DNA from: an uncultured Alphaproteobacteria bacterium | GTDB lineage: Bacteria > Pseudomonadota > Alphaproteobacteria > Rhizobiales > Xanthobacteraceae | Length of the DNA stretch: 64,000 bases | Reading direction: 5' to 3' | Assembly (NCBI GenBank): GCA_963739385.1 | Contig: CAVUAI010000013.1 | Location: forward strand, 30,512-94,511 | Part shown: positions 17,675 through 27,117 of the stretch, in pieces | Numbering within the stretch: position 1 is the stretch's first letter | Layout: every line of letters begins with the position of its first letter | Position numbers and translations under genes: made by a program | The notes under the pieces: model-generated | What the model was told of the DNA's origin: nothing | The model's database searches: none | What the model saw: only the letters and a program-made list of their open reading frames with translations

Positions 17675-18658
17675 TTAGTCCAGCGCCACGCCCGCCTGCC
17701 TGGCGATGTTGGCCCATTTGCGCGTCTCGCCGGCCAGGAATACGCCGAACTCCTGCGGCGAGCCGATGCGCGCCTCGGAGCCGAAGCGCACCACCAGATC
17801 CTTCATGTCGGGAGCCTTGAGGCTTTCGTTGATCACGCTGTTGAGCTTGCCGACGATCGGCACGGGCGTGCCGGCCGGAGCCACGACGCCGGTCAGCAGC
17901 GTCGCCACGAAGCCGGTGATGCCGCCCTCGACCATGGTCGGGACATCGGCGATTTCCGCCTGACGCCTGGCGCTGGTAACGGCGAGCGCCCTGAGCTTTC
18001 CTTCCTTGATCAGCGGCAGCAGGATGACCGGGCTTTCAAGCGCGAAGTCGACCTGCTGGCCGAGCACGCCCTGCACGGACTCGTTGCCGCCCTTGTGCGG
18101 CACGTTGACGAAATCGATCCCCGCCAGCGTGCGGAACATCTCGCCGGTGAGATGGGTCACGTTACCCGCGCCGGCATGGGCGTAATTGAGCTTCCCCGGA
18201 TTCGCCTTCGCGTATGCCACGAATTCCTGCAGCGTCTGGGCCGGAAACGACGGATGCACGACCAGGATCATGTAGCTTTCCGACACGCTCGCCACCGGCG
18301 CGTAGTTCTTGACCGGATCGTAGCCGGGGTTTTTGGACACCGCGGGGATTACGGCGAGCGTGCTGGTGTTGCCGTAGAACAGCGTATAGCCGTCGGGATC
18401 CGCGGTCGCCGCGGCCCGTGCTCCGAGCGCGCCGCCGGCGCCGGCGCGGTTCTCGATGATCACGCTCTGGCCGAGCGATTGCTGCATCTTCTGCGTCATC
18501 AGCCGCGCCATCACGTCGGTCTGGCCGCCGGCCGGCGACGGCACGATCATCTTGATCACCCGTTCCGGATAGACGGTCTGCGCTTGCGCCGGCGGGGCGA
18601 TCATGGCTGCAAGACCGATGGCGGCCAGGGCCGGCCACAGGATTTGTCGCGTCGTCAT
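17675..18658 (-). CDS. Bug/TctC-family substrate-binding protein
   Basis: Starts at MTTRQILWPALAAIGLAAMIAPPAQAQTVYPERVIKMIVPSPAGGQTDVMAR (ATG 18656-18658). It has the family signature and is 327 aa. Confidence 0.85.
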   Translation of the reverse strand: MTTRQILWPALAAIGLAAMIAPPAQAQTVYPERVIKMIVPSPAGGQTDVMARLMTQKMQQSLGQSVIIENRAGAGGALGARAAATADPDGYTLFYGNTSTLAVIPAVSKNPGYDPVKNYAPVASVSESYMILVVHPSFPAQTLQEFVAYAKANPGKLNYAHAGAGNVTHLTGEMFRTLAGIDFVNVPHKGGNESVQGVLGQQVDFALESPVILLPLIKEGKLRALAVTSARRQAEIADVPTMVEGGITGFVATLLTGVVAPAGTPVPIVGKLNSVINESLKAPDMKDLVVRFGSEARIGSPQEFGVFLAGETRKWANIARQAGVALD

Positions 18659-18817
18659 CGTTCCCTCCCCGCCGGCCCGTGCAGCGCGGCGTGCGTTTGT
18701 CAGCACCCACATGCACGGCGGCGGCGCAGTGTACATGACATGGGACCGGCGCCGGAAGCCGTGTGTCGTGTGCTATCGTCAATCGCGACGCGTCAATGGG
18801 CCGCCGCCCCGGAGACA

Positions 18818-19948
18818 ATGATGCTGGAACGCACGACGCCCCCCTTCCGCGCCGACCATGTCGGCAGCCTGATCCGGCCGGCCGAACTCATCGCGGCACG
18901 CGAGCGGGCGGAAAAGAAAGAGATCGCGGATGCGGAGCTCAAGCGCGTGCAGCAGGCCGCGATCCGCGACGTGGTCCGCCTGCAGGAGGATCTCGGGCTC
19001 AAGCTCGTCACCGACGGCGAATACAACCGCCACTCCTGGCACCGCGACTTCATGCTGAAATTCAAGAACGTGCGGATGATCCCTTCCCGGCTCACCGTGC
19101 GCTTCCACTCCGCGGAAGGCGACCGCCTGCACAGCCCGCCGACCATGCAGGTGACCGGCAAGCTCGCGCGCCCGGACGGCGGCGGGATCTTCATCGACGA
19201 TTTCAAGTTCCTGGCCTCGATCGCGCGCGCGACGCCGAAGATCACGCTCCCTTCGCCGACGGTGATGCATTTCCGCGGCGGCCGCGAGGCCATCGACGAG
19301 GCGGCCTATCCCGACATCGCCGACTTCTACGACGATCTCGCCCGGCTCTACCGCGACGAAATCCGCGACCTCGCCGACGCCGGCTGCCGCTACCTGCAGA
19401 TCGACGAAGTCAACCTCGCCTATCTCTGCGACGCGGAGCTGCGCAAACAGGTGGCCAATATCGGCGAGGACCCCGCCACCTTGCCGCAAACATACGCCAG
19501 GCTGCTCAACGACACGATCAGGGATCGCCCCAGGGACATGACGGTCTGCATGCACCTGTGCCGCGGCAATTTCGCCGGCGCCTGGGTGGCGGAAGGCGGC
19601 TACGAGCCGATCGCCGAACTCATCTTCAATGCGGTCGACGTCGACGGCTATTTTCTCGAATACGACAGCGTACGCGCCGGCGGATTCGAGCCGCTGCGAT
19701 TCCTGCCCAAGGGCAAGGTTGCCGTGCTCGGGCTCGTCACCACCAAGAGCGGCGCGCTCGAGTCGAAGGACGACCTCAAGCGCCGCATCGACGCCGCCAG
19801 CAGGCATGTTCCGCTGGAGCAGCTCGCACTCAGCCCGCAATGCGGATTCTCCAGCGGCATCGGCGGCAACACCATGGATGTCGAGGGCGAGATCGCTAAG
19901 CTGCGCCTTGTGGTGGAGACTGCGCGCGAGGTGTGGGGCTCGGCGTGA
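18818..19948 (+). CDS. Cobalamin-independent methionine synthase (MetE) C-terminal-domain family protein, 376 aa
   Basis: Starts at MMLERTTPPFRADHVGSLIRP (ATG 18818). It contains DGEYNR, LQIDEVNL, CMHLCRGN and LSPQCGFSS, the Zn-ligand and fold motifs of the MetE-like (Meth_synt_2) family. Confidence 0.8.
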   Translation: MMLERTTPPFRADHVGSLIRPAELIAARERAEKKEIADAELKRVQQAAIRDVVRLQEDLGLKLVTDGEYNRHSWHRDFMLKFKNVRMIPSRLTVRFHSAEGDRLHSPPTMQVTGKLARPDGGGIFIDDFKFLASIARATPKITLPSPTVMHFRGGREAIDEAAYPDIADFYDDLARLYRDEIRDLADAGCRYLQIDEVNLAYLCDAELRKQVANIGEDPATLPQTYARLLNDTIRDRPRDMTVCMHLCRGNFAGAWVAEGGYEPIAELIFNAVDVDGYFLEYDSVRAGGFEPLRFLPKGKVAVLGLVTTKSGALESKDDLKRRIDAASRHVPLEQLALSPQCGFSSGIGGNTMDVEGEIAKLRLVVETAREVWGSA

Positions 19949-20022
19949 CAGCGCGCGCATAGCCGTGCGTCCCGCGCTCTGCTAGCCTTCGTCGTGGGAC
20001 GGAAACGCAGAGGCAAAGCCCG

Positions 20023-21006
20023 ATGAAACGCTTGCTGTTGGCAGCCGCGCTGCTGCTGGGCGCACATACGCTGGCGCAGGCCGCGGACTATCCGACGAAA
20101 CCGATCCGCATCGTGGTTCCCTACGGGCCAGGCGGCGCAACCGATATCGTCGCCCGCATCGTGGGCGAGCACCTGAAGGACAAATTCCACCAGCCGGTGG
20201 TGGTGGAAAACAAGCCCGGCGGCAACGGCGTGGTGGCGTTGCAGGAGACCGTGCGCGCAAAACCCGACGGCTACACTTTTCTGATCGGCAACATCACCAC
20301 CAACCTGCTCACGCCGCTGATCGGCGATCCGCCGATGGCGTTCGATCCGTTCAAGGATCTGGTTCCGGTGGCGCGGCTCGCCGATGTCCCCGGCGTGTTC
20401 CTCGCGACCAAGATCAATTTCCCGCCCAACACGGTGCAGGAGGTGGTCGACTACGCCAGGGCGCGGCCGGGCGAGGTCAATCACAACACCGCCGGCATCC
20501 TCGCCTATTCGCACATCGACTTCCTCATGCTGCAGAAGCGCACCGGCATCAAGCTGGTGGCGATTCCGCTACGCGCGGGCGCCGGCGGCGGACAGATCGA
20601 CCTCATGAACGGCGCGGTGCAGATCGCCTTGCAGAACGCCGCGACGGTGACGCCCCTGGTCAAGGCGGGGAAGCTCAAGGCGCTGGCGGTGACCAGCGAG
20701 CAGCGGCTGCCGGTTCTGCCCGATGTGCCCACCCTCAAGGAGGCCGGCTTCGACGGCATCGGCACCAACGCCTGGAACGCCATGTTCGCGCCGCGCGCGG
20801 TGCCCAAGGAGATCCTCGAAACCATGACGACGGCAATCGCCGGGATTCTCAGCTCCGGGCCGGCCGTGAAGCAGCTCGAAGACCTGCAGTTCACGGTGCA
20901 GCCGACGCGCTCGCTGGACGAGGCGCGGGCGTGGCTGCAGCACGACGTACAGCACTGGACGCCGATCGTCGCCGATGCCAAGTCGATGGTCGACAAGACG
21001 CAATAG
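20023..21006 (+). CDS. tctC: Tripartite tricarboxylate transporter substrate-binding protein TctC
   Basis: MKRLLLAAALLLGAHTLAQAADYPTKPIRIVVPYGPGGATDIVAR. It lies directly upstream of tctB and tctA. Confidence 0.9.
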   Translation: MKRLLLAAALLLGAHTLAQAADYPTKPIRIVVPYGPGGATDIVARIVGEHLKDKFHQPVVVENKPGGNGVVALQETVRAKPDGYTFLIGNITTNLLTPLIGDPPMAFDPFKDLVPVARLADVPGVFLATKINFPPNTVQEVVDYARARPGEVNHNTAGILAYSHIDFLMLQKRTGIKLVAIPLRAGAGGGQIDLMNGAVQIALQNAATVTPLVKAGKLKALAVTSEQRLPVLPDVPTLKEAGFDGIGTNAWNAMFAPRAVPKEILETMTTAIAGILSSGPAVKQLEDLQFTVQPTRSLDEARAWLQHDVQHWTPIVADAKSMVDKTQ

Positions 21007-21053
21007 CGAGCGGGGGCACGCCTATCACAGCGCGGCGCGGTCGGGGGATCAAC

Positions 21054-21500
21054 GTGCGCGTGCGCAATCCGCAGGATTTCGTCGCCGGACTGTTCTTTCT
21101 GGCGCTCGCCTGCGGCGCGCTGTGGGTAGCCTGGGACTATCCCACCGGCACCGCGGTGCGCATGAGCTCGGGCTATTTTCCCCGCCTGCTCTGCCTGCTG
21201 CTCGGCGTGATCGGGCTGTTCGTCGCATTGCGATCGCTCGCGGTCGACGGGCCCGCGCTCAGCGCCATCCGCCTTCGCGCGGTGCTGCTGGTGACCACCG
21301 CCGTCGTCGTCTTCGCCTATTCCGTTCACACGCTGGGGCTCGTGATCGCGGCCGCCCTCATCACGCTCATCGGCGGCCTGGCGAGCCCGCAGATGCGCCC
21401 ACTGGAAATGGTCGCGGCCGCCGTGGTGCTCGCCGGCATGACCACGGCGATCTTCGTCTGGGGCATCGGGCTGCCGATCCCGATCTGGCCGGAGTTCTGA
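21054..21500 (+). CDS. tctB: Tripartite tricarboxylate transporter small membrane subunit TctB
   Basis: The likely start is GTG at 21054 (M)RVRNPQDFVAGLFFLALACGALWVAWDY. The protein has four hydrophobic segments, is about 148 aa, and sits between tctC and tctA. Confidence 0.75.
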   Translation: MRVRNPQDFVAGLFFLALACGALWVAWDYPTGTAVRMSSGYFPRLLCLLLGVIGLFVALRSLAVDGPALSAIRLRAVLLVTTAVVVFAYSVHTLGLVIAAALITLIGGLASPQMRPLEMVAAAVVLAGMTTAIFVWGIGLPIPIWPEF

Positions 21501-21501
21501 G

Positions 21502-23010
21502 GTGGACATCTTCGCCAATCTGGCGCTCGGGATGGCGACCGCGCTCAAGCCGGCCAATCTCGCATTCGCGCTGATCGGAAGCCTGATCGGCACGCTCATC
21601 GGCGTGCTGCCCGGCATCGGGCCGCTGGCGACGCTCTCGATGCTGCTGCCGATCACGTTCTATCTCGAACCGATCACCGCGCTGATCATGCTCTCCGCCA
21701 TCTACTACGGCGCGCAATATGGCGGCTCGACCACGGCCATCCTGGTCAACCTGCCGGGTGAAAGCTCCTCCGTCGTCACCTGCATCGACGGCCACGAGAT
21801 GGCGCGCCAGGGACGTGCCGGATCGGCGCTGGCGGTGGCGGCGCTGTGCTCGTTCTTTGCCGGCACCGTCGCCACCCTGGTGATCGCCGTGCTGGTCACA
21901 CCGCTCACCGCCCTCGCCATCACCTTCACCGCCGCGGAATACTTCTCGCTGATGGTGCTCGGGCTGGTCGCGGCGGTGGTGATGGCGCGGGGATCGGTCG
22001 CCAAGGCCCTCGCCATGATCGTGATCGGATTGCTGCTCGGCCTCGTCGGCACCGACATCCATACGGGACTGCAGCGCTTCACTTTTGGCGCGGCCGACCT
22101 GTTCGACGGCATCGACTTCGTCGTCGTCGCCGTCGGCATATTCGGCTTCGGCAGCATCATCGCCAGTCTGGAGAAGCGCGAAGACGCGCAGACCGTGTCG
22201 GTTCTGCAGGAGAGAATCCAGCGCCTGTGGCCGACGCGCGAAGACTTCCGCCTCGCCTGGCCTGCATCGCTGCGCGGAACTCTGCTGGGCTGCGTCCTCG
22301 GCGTGCTGCCGGGCGGCGGCGCGGTGCTGAGCGCCTTTGCCGCCTATTCGCTCGAGCGCAAGCTGGCGAAGGATCCGACACGCTTCGGCAAGGGCGCGAT
22401 CGAAGGCGTCGCCGGACCGGAATCCGCGAACAATGCCGGAGCGCAAACCGCGTTCATTCCGATGCTGACGCTCGGTATTCCGCCCAATGCCGTCATGGCG
22501 GTCATGATCGGCGCCATGATGATTCACGGGATCCGGCCGGGCCCCGAGGTGCTGGATCAGCGGCCCGACCTGTTCTGGGGGCTCATCGCCAGCATGTGGC
22601 TCGGCAATGCCATGCTCGTCATCATCAACCTGCCGCTGATCGGCGTCTGGGTGCGGCTGCTGCGCGTGCCCTACCGCCTGCTGTTCCCAGCTATCCTCCT
22701 GTTCAGCAGCATCGGCATCTACAGCGTGCACAACAGCAGCTTCGAAGTGGTGCTGGCGGCAGGCTTCGGCGTATTCGGCTACGGGCTCTACAAGCTCGGC
22801 TGCGAGCCGGCGCCGCTCGCGCTCGGCTTCGTGCTGGGGCCGATGCTGGAGGAGAAGCTGCGCACCGCCATGCTGCTGGCGCGCGGCAATCCGCTGACCT
22901 TCCTGCAGCGGCCGATCAGCGCCGCCTTGCTGCTGACTGCCGCCGTCCTGCTCGCCGCCGTGCTGCTGCCGAAGATCCGCAAGGGCCGCGAAGAGGCGTT
23001 CCAGGATTAG
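21502..23010 (+). CDS. tctA: Tripartite tricarboxylate transporter large permease TctA
   Basis: 502 aa and polytopic. GVLPGIGP...[19 protein letters not shown] is the TctA signature. The GTG start lies 1 nt after the tctB stop. Confidence 0.9.
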   Translation: MDIFANLALGMATALKPANLAFALIGSLIGTLIGVLPGIGPLATLSMLLPITFYLEPITALIMLSAIYYGAQYGGSTTAILVNLPGESSSVVTCIDGHEMARQGRAGSALAVAALCSFFAGTVATLVIAVLVTPLTALAITFTAAEYFSLMVLGLVAAVVMARGSVAKALAMIVIGLLLGLVGTDIHTGLQRFTFGAADLFDGIDFVVVAVGIFGFGSIIASLEKREDAQTVSVLQERIQRLWPTREDFRLAWPASLRGTLLGCVLGVLPGGGAVLSAFAAYSLERKLAKDPTRFGKGAIEGVAGPESANNAGAQTAFIPMLTLGIPPNAVMAVMIGAMMIHGIRPGPEVLDQRPDLFWGLIASMWLGNAMLVIINLPLIGVWVRLLRVPYRLLFPAILLFSSIGIYSVHNSSFEVVLAAGFGVFGYGLYKLGCEPAPLALGFVLGPMLEEKLRTAMLLARGNPLTFLQRPISAALLLTAAVLLAAVLLPKIRKGREEAFQD

Positions 23011-23071
23011 GTTCGCTGCGTCGAATCCCAAGATCAGCTCGCCGTTTCCGGCAGAAACCGCACCCTCGGGT

Positions 23072-23200
23072 GTCATGCCCGCGAACGCGGGCATCCAGTA
23101 TTCACCAGCATCTCGTTGGACATGGCCCAATGCACACCGCCAAGCCGGCGCTTACTGGATTCCGGCTCTCACTCGCTGTGCTCGCTCGGCCGGAACGAAG
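23072..23200. repeat. Composite REP-like elements (families 2 and 3)
   Basis: gtcatgcccgcgaacgcgggcatccagtattcacc is a hairpin. cttactggattccggctctcactcgctgtgctcgctcggccggaacgaag is the reverse complement of the unit at 40293 and 40487. Confidence 0.7.
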
Positions 23201-23301
23201 TCGCGATGGTGGTGGCAATGCTGCACCGGGTTTCGCTCACAGCGAGACGATCGGGTTCCGCAGCGCACGCTACGCGCTGCGCCGCGCCCGGACACGGAGA
23301 C

Positions 23302-24321
23302 CTACTCCGCCTTGATTCCGGTGCGGGTCACCACGTCGACCCACTTGTCCCGTTCCCGGGCGAGAAAGGCGCCGAATTCCTCGGGCGATCCAGTTCGCAC
23401 CTCGGCGCCGAGCTTGCCAAGCGCTGCGACCACTTCCGGCGGCTTGAGCGCTTCGTTGATGGCGGCGTTGACCTTGTTGACGATGGCGGCCGGCGTGCCG
23501 GCCGGAGCCACCACGCCGGTGAAGGTCAGCGCGATGAAATCGGGCAGCCCGCCCTCGATCATGGTCGGGAGCTCGGGCGCGAGCGCATTGCGGGTCGCGC
23601 TCGAGACGCCGAGCGCGCGGATTTTTCCCTCGCGCACCAGCGGCAGCAGGCCCGCGACCTCCCCGAACAGGATATGCGTCTGGCCGGCGACGATCCCTGC
23701 AACCGCGTCGGGAGAACCTTTGTAGGGAACGTGGACGAAATCGGTCCCGGTCTGCAGCTTGAACAGCTCTCCGACCAGATGGGTGAGATTGCCGTAGCCC
23801 ATGGAGCCGAAGTTGAGCTTGCCCGGATGGGCCCTGGCATAGGCAATGAGCTCCTGGACGTTCCTGGCCGGGAAGTCGGGCGCGACCACCAGCACCTCGT
23901 AACCTTCCGTGACTTTCGCGATCGGGGTGAACTGCTTGACCGTGTCGTAGTCGCGGAAGCGATAGACCGCCGGGCCGACGACGAACGCGCTGGCGTTGCC
24001 GAACAGCAGCGTGTAGCCGTCGGGCTCGGCAGCCGCCACCGCCTTGGTGCCGAGCGCGCCGCCGGCGCCGCCGCGGTTCTCGACAATGACGGTCTGGCCG
24101 AGGATCGGCCCGAGGCGCTGCACGACGAGGCGCGCGGTGATGTCGATCGGCCCGCCGGCGGGATACGGCACCACCATCCTGATCAGCCGGTCGGGATATG
24201 TTTGCGCCTGCGCGCTGGCGATAAAGCCCGCAGCGGCGGCGAGCGCGGCCAGAGCGCACAGAACAACGCGGCAAGCGGCCACGGATGTCCTCCCGGTATT
24301 TTTTCTCGTTGCCGCTATCAT
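23302..24321 (-). CDS. Bug/TctC-family substrate-binding protein
   Basis: ...AQAQTYPDRLIRMVVPYPAGGPIDITARLV..NRGGAGGALG. 339 aa. The exact start is uncertain. Confidence 0.85.
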   Translation of the reverse strand: MIAATRKNTGRTSVAACRVVLCALAALAAAAGFIASAQAQTYPDRLIRMVVPYPAGGPIDITARLVVQRLGPILGQTVIVENRGGAGGALGTKAVAAAEPDGYTLLFGNASAFVVGPAVYRFRDYDTVKQFTPIAKVTEGYEVLVVAPDFPARNVQELIAYARAHPGKLNFGSMGYGNLTHLVGELFKLQTGTDFVHVPYKGSPDAVAGIVAGQTHILFGEVAGLLPLVREGKIRALGVSSATRNALAPELPTMIEGGLPDFIALTFTGVVAPAGTPAAIVNKVNAAINEALKPPEVVAALGKLGAEVRTGSPEEFGAFLARERDKWVDVVTRTGIKAE

Positions 24322-24422
24322 CGTCGCAAACTTTGCCCTTGGCTAGGTGGCCGACCGAGGGCCGCCTGCTATAACCGTCGCCACCGCAGCGGCGGCCAAA
24401 AAAGCAAGAGGACGTTTCGTTC

Positions 24423-25502
24423 ATGGTGAAATCGACCAAGCGGCGCAGGCAGCCGGCGCGCGCATCCAAGCGGCCCATCCGCGCCAAGTCGCGCAAGCCC
24501 GCGCGCCGCGCGGCCAAACCGGAGCGGACGCGAGGTCCCACGCCCAAGCCGACGGTGATCGACGTGCATGCGCACGTGCTGGTCCCCGAGGTGCTGGAGC
24601 GAACCTACCAGCAGTCGCAGTATTCGCGCGCGGTCGGCGGTCCCGGCGGCGTGCCCGAGCCGCTGCTCAAGCGCATGACCGAGGTGCCGCTGCGGCTCAA
24701 GGAGATGGACGCGACCGGCGTCGACATCCAGGTCATCAGCCCCAGCATCATGCAGCAATGCACCTATGGGATGGAGCCGGAGGACGCGCTCAAGACCGAT
24801 CGGCTGGGTAATGACCGCGTGGCGGAGGAGGTGGCGAGGCATCCCGACCGGCTGGTGGGGCTCGGCTCGCTGCCGCTGCACGACGTCGGGCTCTCGACCG
24901 GCGAGCTCGAGCGTTGCGTGCGCGACCTCAAACTGCGCGGCGTGATCGTCTCGTCGCATGTGAACGGGATCGAGCTCGGAGACGAACGCCTGCGGCCGTT
25001 CTGGGCCAAGGCGGAAGAGCTCGGCGCGGTCATCTTCATTCATCCCGCCGGCAGCACCGAGAAGCGCATGCTCCGCAACCGCCTGATGATCACCGTCGGG
25101 CAGCCGCTGGAGGAGGCCTATGCGCTGTCGTCGCTGATCTACGAAGGCGTGATGGACGAATTCCCCGCGCTCAAGATCATGGTCGCGCACGGCGGCGGAT
25201 ATCTGCCGTTCTATGCCGGCCGGCACGACAACGAGTACCGCTACGGCCGCACGCCCCATCTCAAGGGCGACTTGAGCAGCTACCTGCCGCGCTTCTTCTA
25301 CGATACCGTGCTGTTCAATCCCGACATGCTGGAGTTCCTGGTGACCAAGGTGCCGGCGAGCCATGTGATGCTCGCGTCCGACTATCCGTTCGCGGAGAAG
25401 CAGCCGGTCGACTATGTGCGCCGTGCCCGGCGCATCGGGAAGAAGGAGCAGGACGCGATCCTCGGCGCCAATGCCGCGCAGCTGTTCGGCATTTCCATCT
25501 GA
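24423..25502 (+). CDS. Amidohydrolase-2 family protein (ACMSD/LigW-like metal-dependent hydrolase or decarboxylase)
   Basis: VIDVHAHVLVPE (HxH metal motif), ...FIHP..., MVAHGGG, LASDYPF. An alternative GTG start at 24555 would remove a 44-aa Lys/Arg-rich N-terminal extension. Confidence 0.8.
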   Translation: MVKSTKRRRQPARASKRPIRAKSRKPARRAAKPERTRGPTPKPTVIDVHAHVLVPEVLERTYQQSQYSRAVGGPGGVPEPLLKRMTEVPLRLKEMDATGVDIQVISPSIMQQCTYGMEPEDALKTDRLGNDRVAEEVARHPDRLVGLGSLPLHDVGLSTGELERCVRDLKLRGVIVSSHVNGIELGDERLRPFWAKAEELGAVIFIHPAGSTEKRMLRNRLMITVGQPLEEAYALSSLIYEGVMDEFPALKIMVAHGGGYLPFYAGRHDNEYRYGRTPHLKGDLSSYLPRFFYDTVLFNPDMLEFLVTKVPASHVMLASDYPFAEKQPVDYVRRARRIGKKEQDAILGANAAQLFGISI

Positions 25503-25544
25503 GCGCGGACGGCCGCGATCCGATTGCACGGCGGAGACAACAGC

Positions 25545-26492
25545 ATGCCAGCCAATCCTGTAGCCTCGTCCCGGCACAAAGCGTCGGCGCACCCGGACGT
25601 CGAGATCGTACTGCATCCGATCCCGAGCCCGGACAGCAAGCCCTACATCATCGTGTTCGGGCCCGACCGGCGCCTCTGGTTCTGCGAAAGCGGCACGGGA
25701 AAGATCGGGCGTCTCGATCCTGCCGACGGCAGCTTCGTCGAGTTCGACACCCCGACGCGCGACAGCCGGCCGATCGGGATTACGCCCGCCGCCGACGGCG
25801 CGCTGTGGTTCTGCGAAAATGCCGGCAACAAAATCGGGCGAATCACGACGGCGGGCGCCATCGCGGAATTTCCCGTGCCGACCGCAGGCGCCGGGCCGGA
25901 TGGAATCGTGGCGGGCCCCGACGGCAATCTGTGGTTCTCGGAGGCGCATCTGAGCCGCGTCGGCCGCATCACGCCGCGCGGCGAGGTGACCGAATTCTCC
26001 GCGGGGCTCACCCCGGGCTGCCGGCCGCTCTCGCCGGTCGTGCGCGACGGCGACATCTGGTTCAGCGAATACGAAGCCGGGCAGATCGGCCGCATCACCA
26101 TGGACGGCCATGTCACCGAATATGCAATTCCAACGCCGAACTGCGAGCCGCGGGCAATGGTCGTGCATCCCGACGGCCATATCTGGTTCGTCGAGACCAA
26201 GGCCAACGCGCTCGGGCGCATCGACGCGCACGGCCGCATCACCGAGTGGCCGGTCGAGACGCCGGACGCTTCGCTGCGCGGCGTGACGGTGGCGCCCGAC
26301 GGCGACCTCTGGTTCACCGAGAATTTTTCCAACAAGATCGGCCGCATGGCGCCGGACGGCACCGTCATCGGCGAATATGCGATATCGGTGGCGGGTTGCG
26401 GCGCGCGCGCGATCATCGCCATCCCCGATGGCCGCCTGTTCTTCTCCGCTCACGACGCCGGCGCGATCGGCGAGGTCATTCCGCGGCGTTGA
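25545..26492 (+). CDS. Virginiamycin B lyase (Vgb)-like beta-propeller protein
   Basis: Seven-fold repeated motif (GPDxxLWFxExxxxxIGRIT..G...E(F/Y)) as in the Vgb/streptogramin lyase family. ATG at 25545 is preceded by GGAGAC. Confidence 0.7.
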   Translation: MPANPVASSRHKASAHPDVEIVLHPIPSPDSKPYIIVFGPDRRLWFCESGTGKIGRLDPADGSFVEFDTPTRDSRPIGITPAADGALWFCENAGNKIGRITTAGAIAEFPVPTAGAGPDGIVAGPDGNLWFSEAHLSRVGRITPRGEVTEFSAGLTPGCRPLSPVVRDGDIWFSEYEAGQIGRITMDGHVTEYAIPTPNCEPRAMVVHPDGHIWFVETKANALGRIDAHGRITEWPVETPDASLRGVTVAPDGDLWFTENFSNKIGRMAPDGTVIGEYAISVAGCGARAIIAIPDGRLFFSAHDAGAIGEVIPRR

Positions 26493-26597
26493 GACGCGCT
26501 TCCATCACCGACGCGAAGACATAAAGACATCAGCATGTCTTGAAGTGCCGGCCGCACCACGCCGCGGCCGGGACATGGCCACCCGGAGAGCTCCCGC

Positions 26598-27113
26598 ATG
26601 ACCACCACCGGCAGCCTCGAAGATCGCATCCGCGCGATCGAAGACCGCCTCGAAATCTACAATCTCATCGCCAGCCATCCGCCGAGCGCCGACACCGGGG
26701 GCAAGGATCATATCGCGGCGAGCTGGATCGAAGACGGCGTGTTCGATCGCGGCGAGCATCTCTCGAGCCCGCGCGGGCGCGATACCATCGCCGATCACGT
26801 GCTGACCGCCGAGCACCAGGCCGCGATCGCGGGCGGCCTCGCGCACTTCACCGGCCTCCCGCATGTGGCGATCGACGGCGATACCGCCGTCGTCACGTCC
26901 TATCTGCAGATCCTGGTGCCGCAGACCCAAGGCGATGCGGTCGAGGTCCCCAACCACGGCAGCTCCAAGGGCTTCCGCGTCCATCGCATGACGGCGAACC
27001 GCTGGGAGCTCGTGCGCACGCCGCAAGGCTGGAAGATCAAGCAGCGCACCCTGCGCCAGCTCGACGGCTCCGAAGGCGCGCGCAAGATCCTGCGGCAGGC
27101 GATCGCGCGATAG
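26598..27113 (+). CDS. SnoaL-like / NTF2-fold protein
   Basis: 171 aa. LEDRIRAIEDRLEIYNLIASH... resembles the N-terminal helix pattern of SnoaL_4-type proteins. The assignment is fold level only. Confidence 0.55.
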   Translation: MTTTGSLEDRIRAIEDRLEIYNLIASHPPSADTGGKDHIAASWIEDGVFDRGEHLSSPRGRDTIADHVLTAEHQAAIAGGLAHFTGLPHVAIDGDTAVVTSYLQILVPQTQGDAVEVPNHGSSKGFRVHRMTANRWELVRTPQGWKIKQRTLRQLDGSEGARKILRQAIAR

Positions 27114-27117
27114 CGTT

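Noticed and set aside
18659-18817. Possible riboswitch (SAM or cobalamin) in the 160-bp spacer upstream of the MetE-like gene
   Set aside because: I could not recognise any conserved riboswitch core (no B12-box-like or SAM-II-like consensus) by eye. This would need a covariance-model scan (Rfam/Infernal) to settle.
21367-23130. 587-aa minus-strand ORF opposite tctA
   Set aside because: It is antisense to a gene with an unmistakable TctA signature, and the translation is low-complexity Arg/Gly/Asp.
24369-26453. 694-aa minus-strand ORF opposite the amidohydrolase and Vgb-like genes
   Set aside because: It is an antisense artefact. Both plus-strand genes have strong family motifs.
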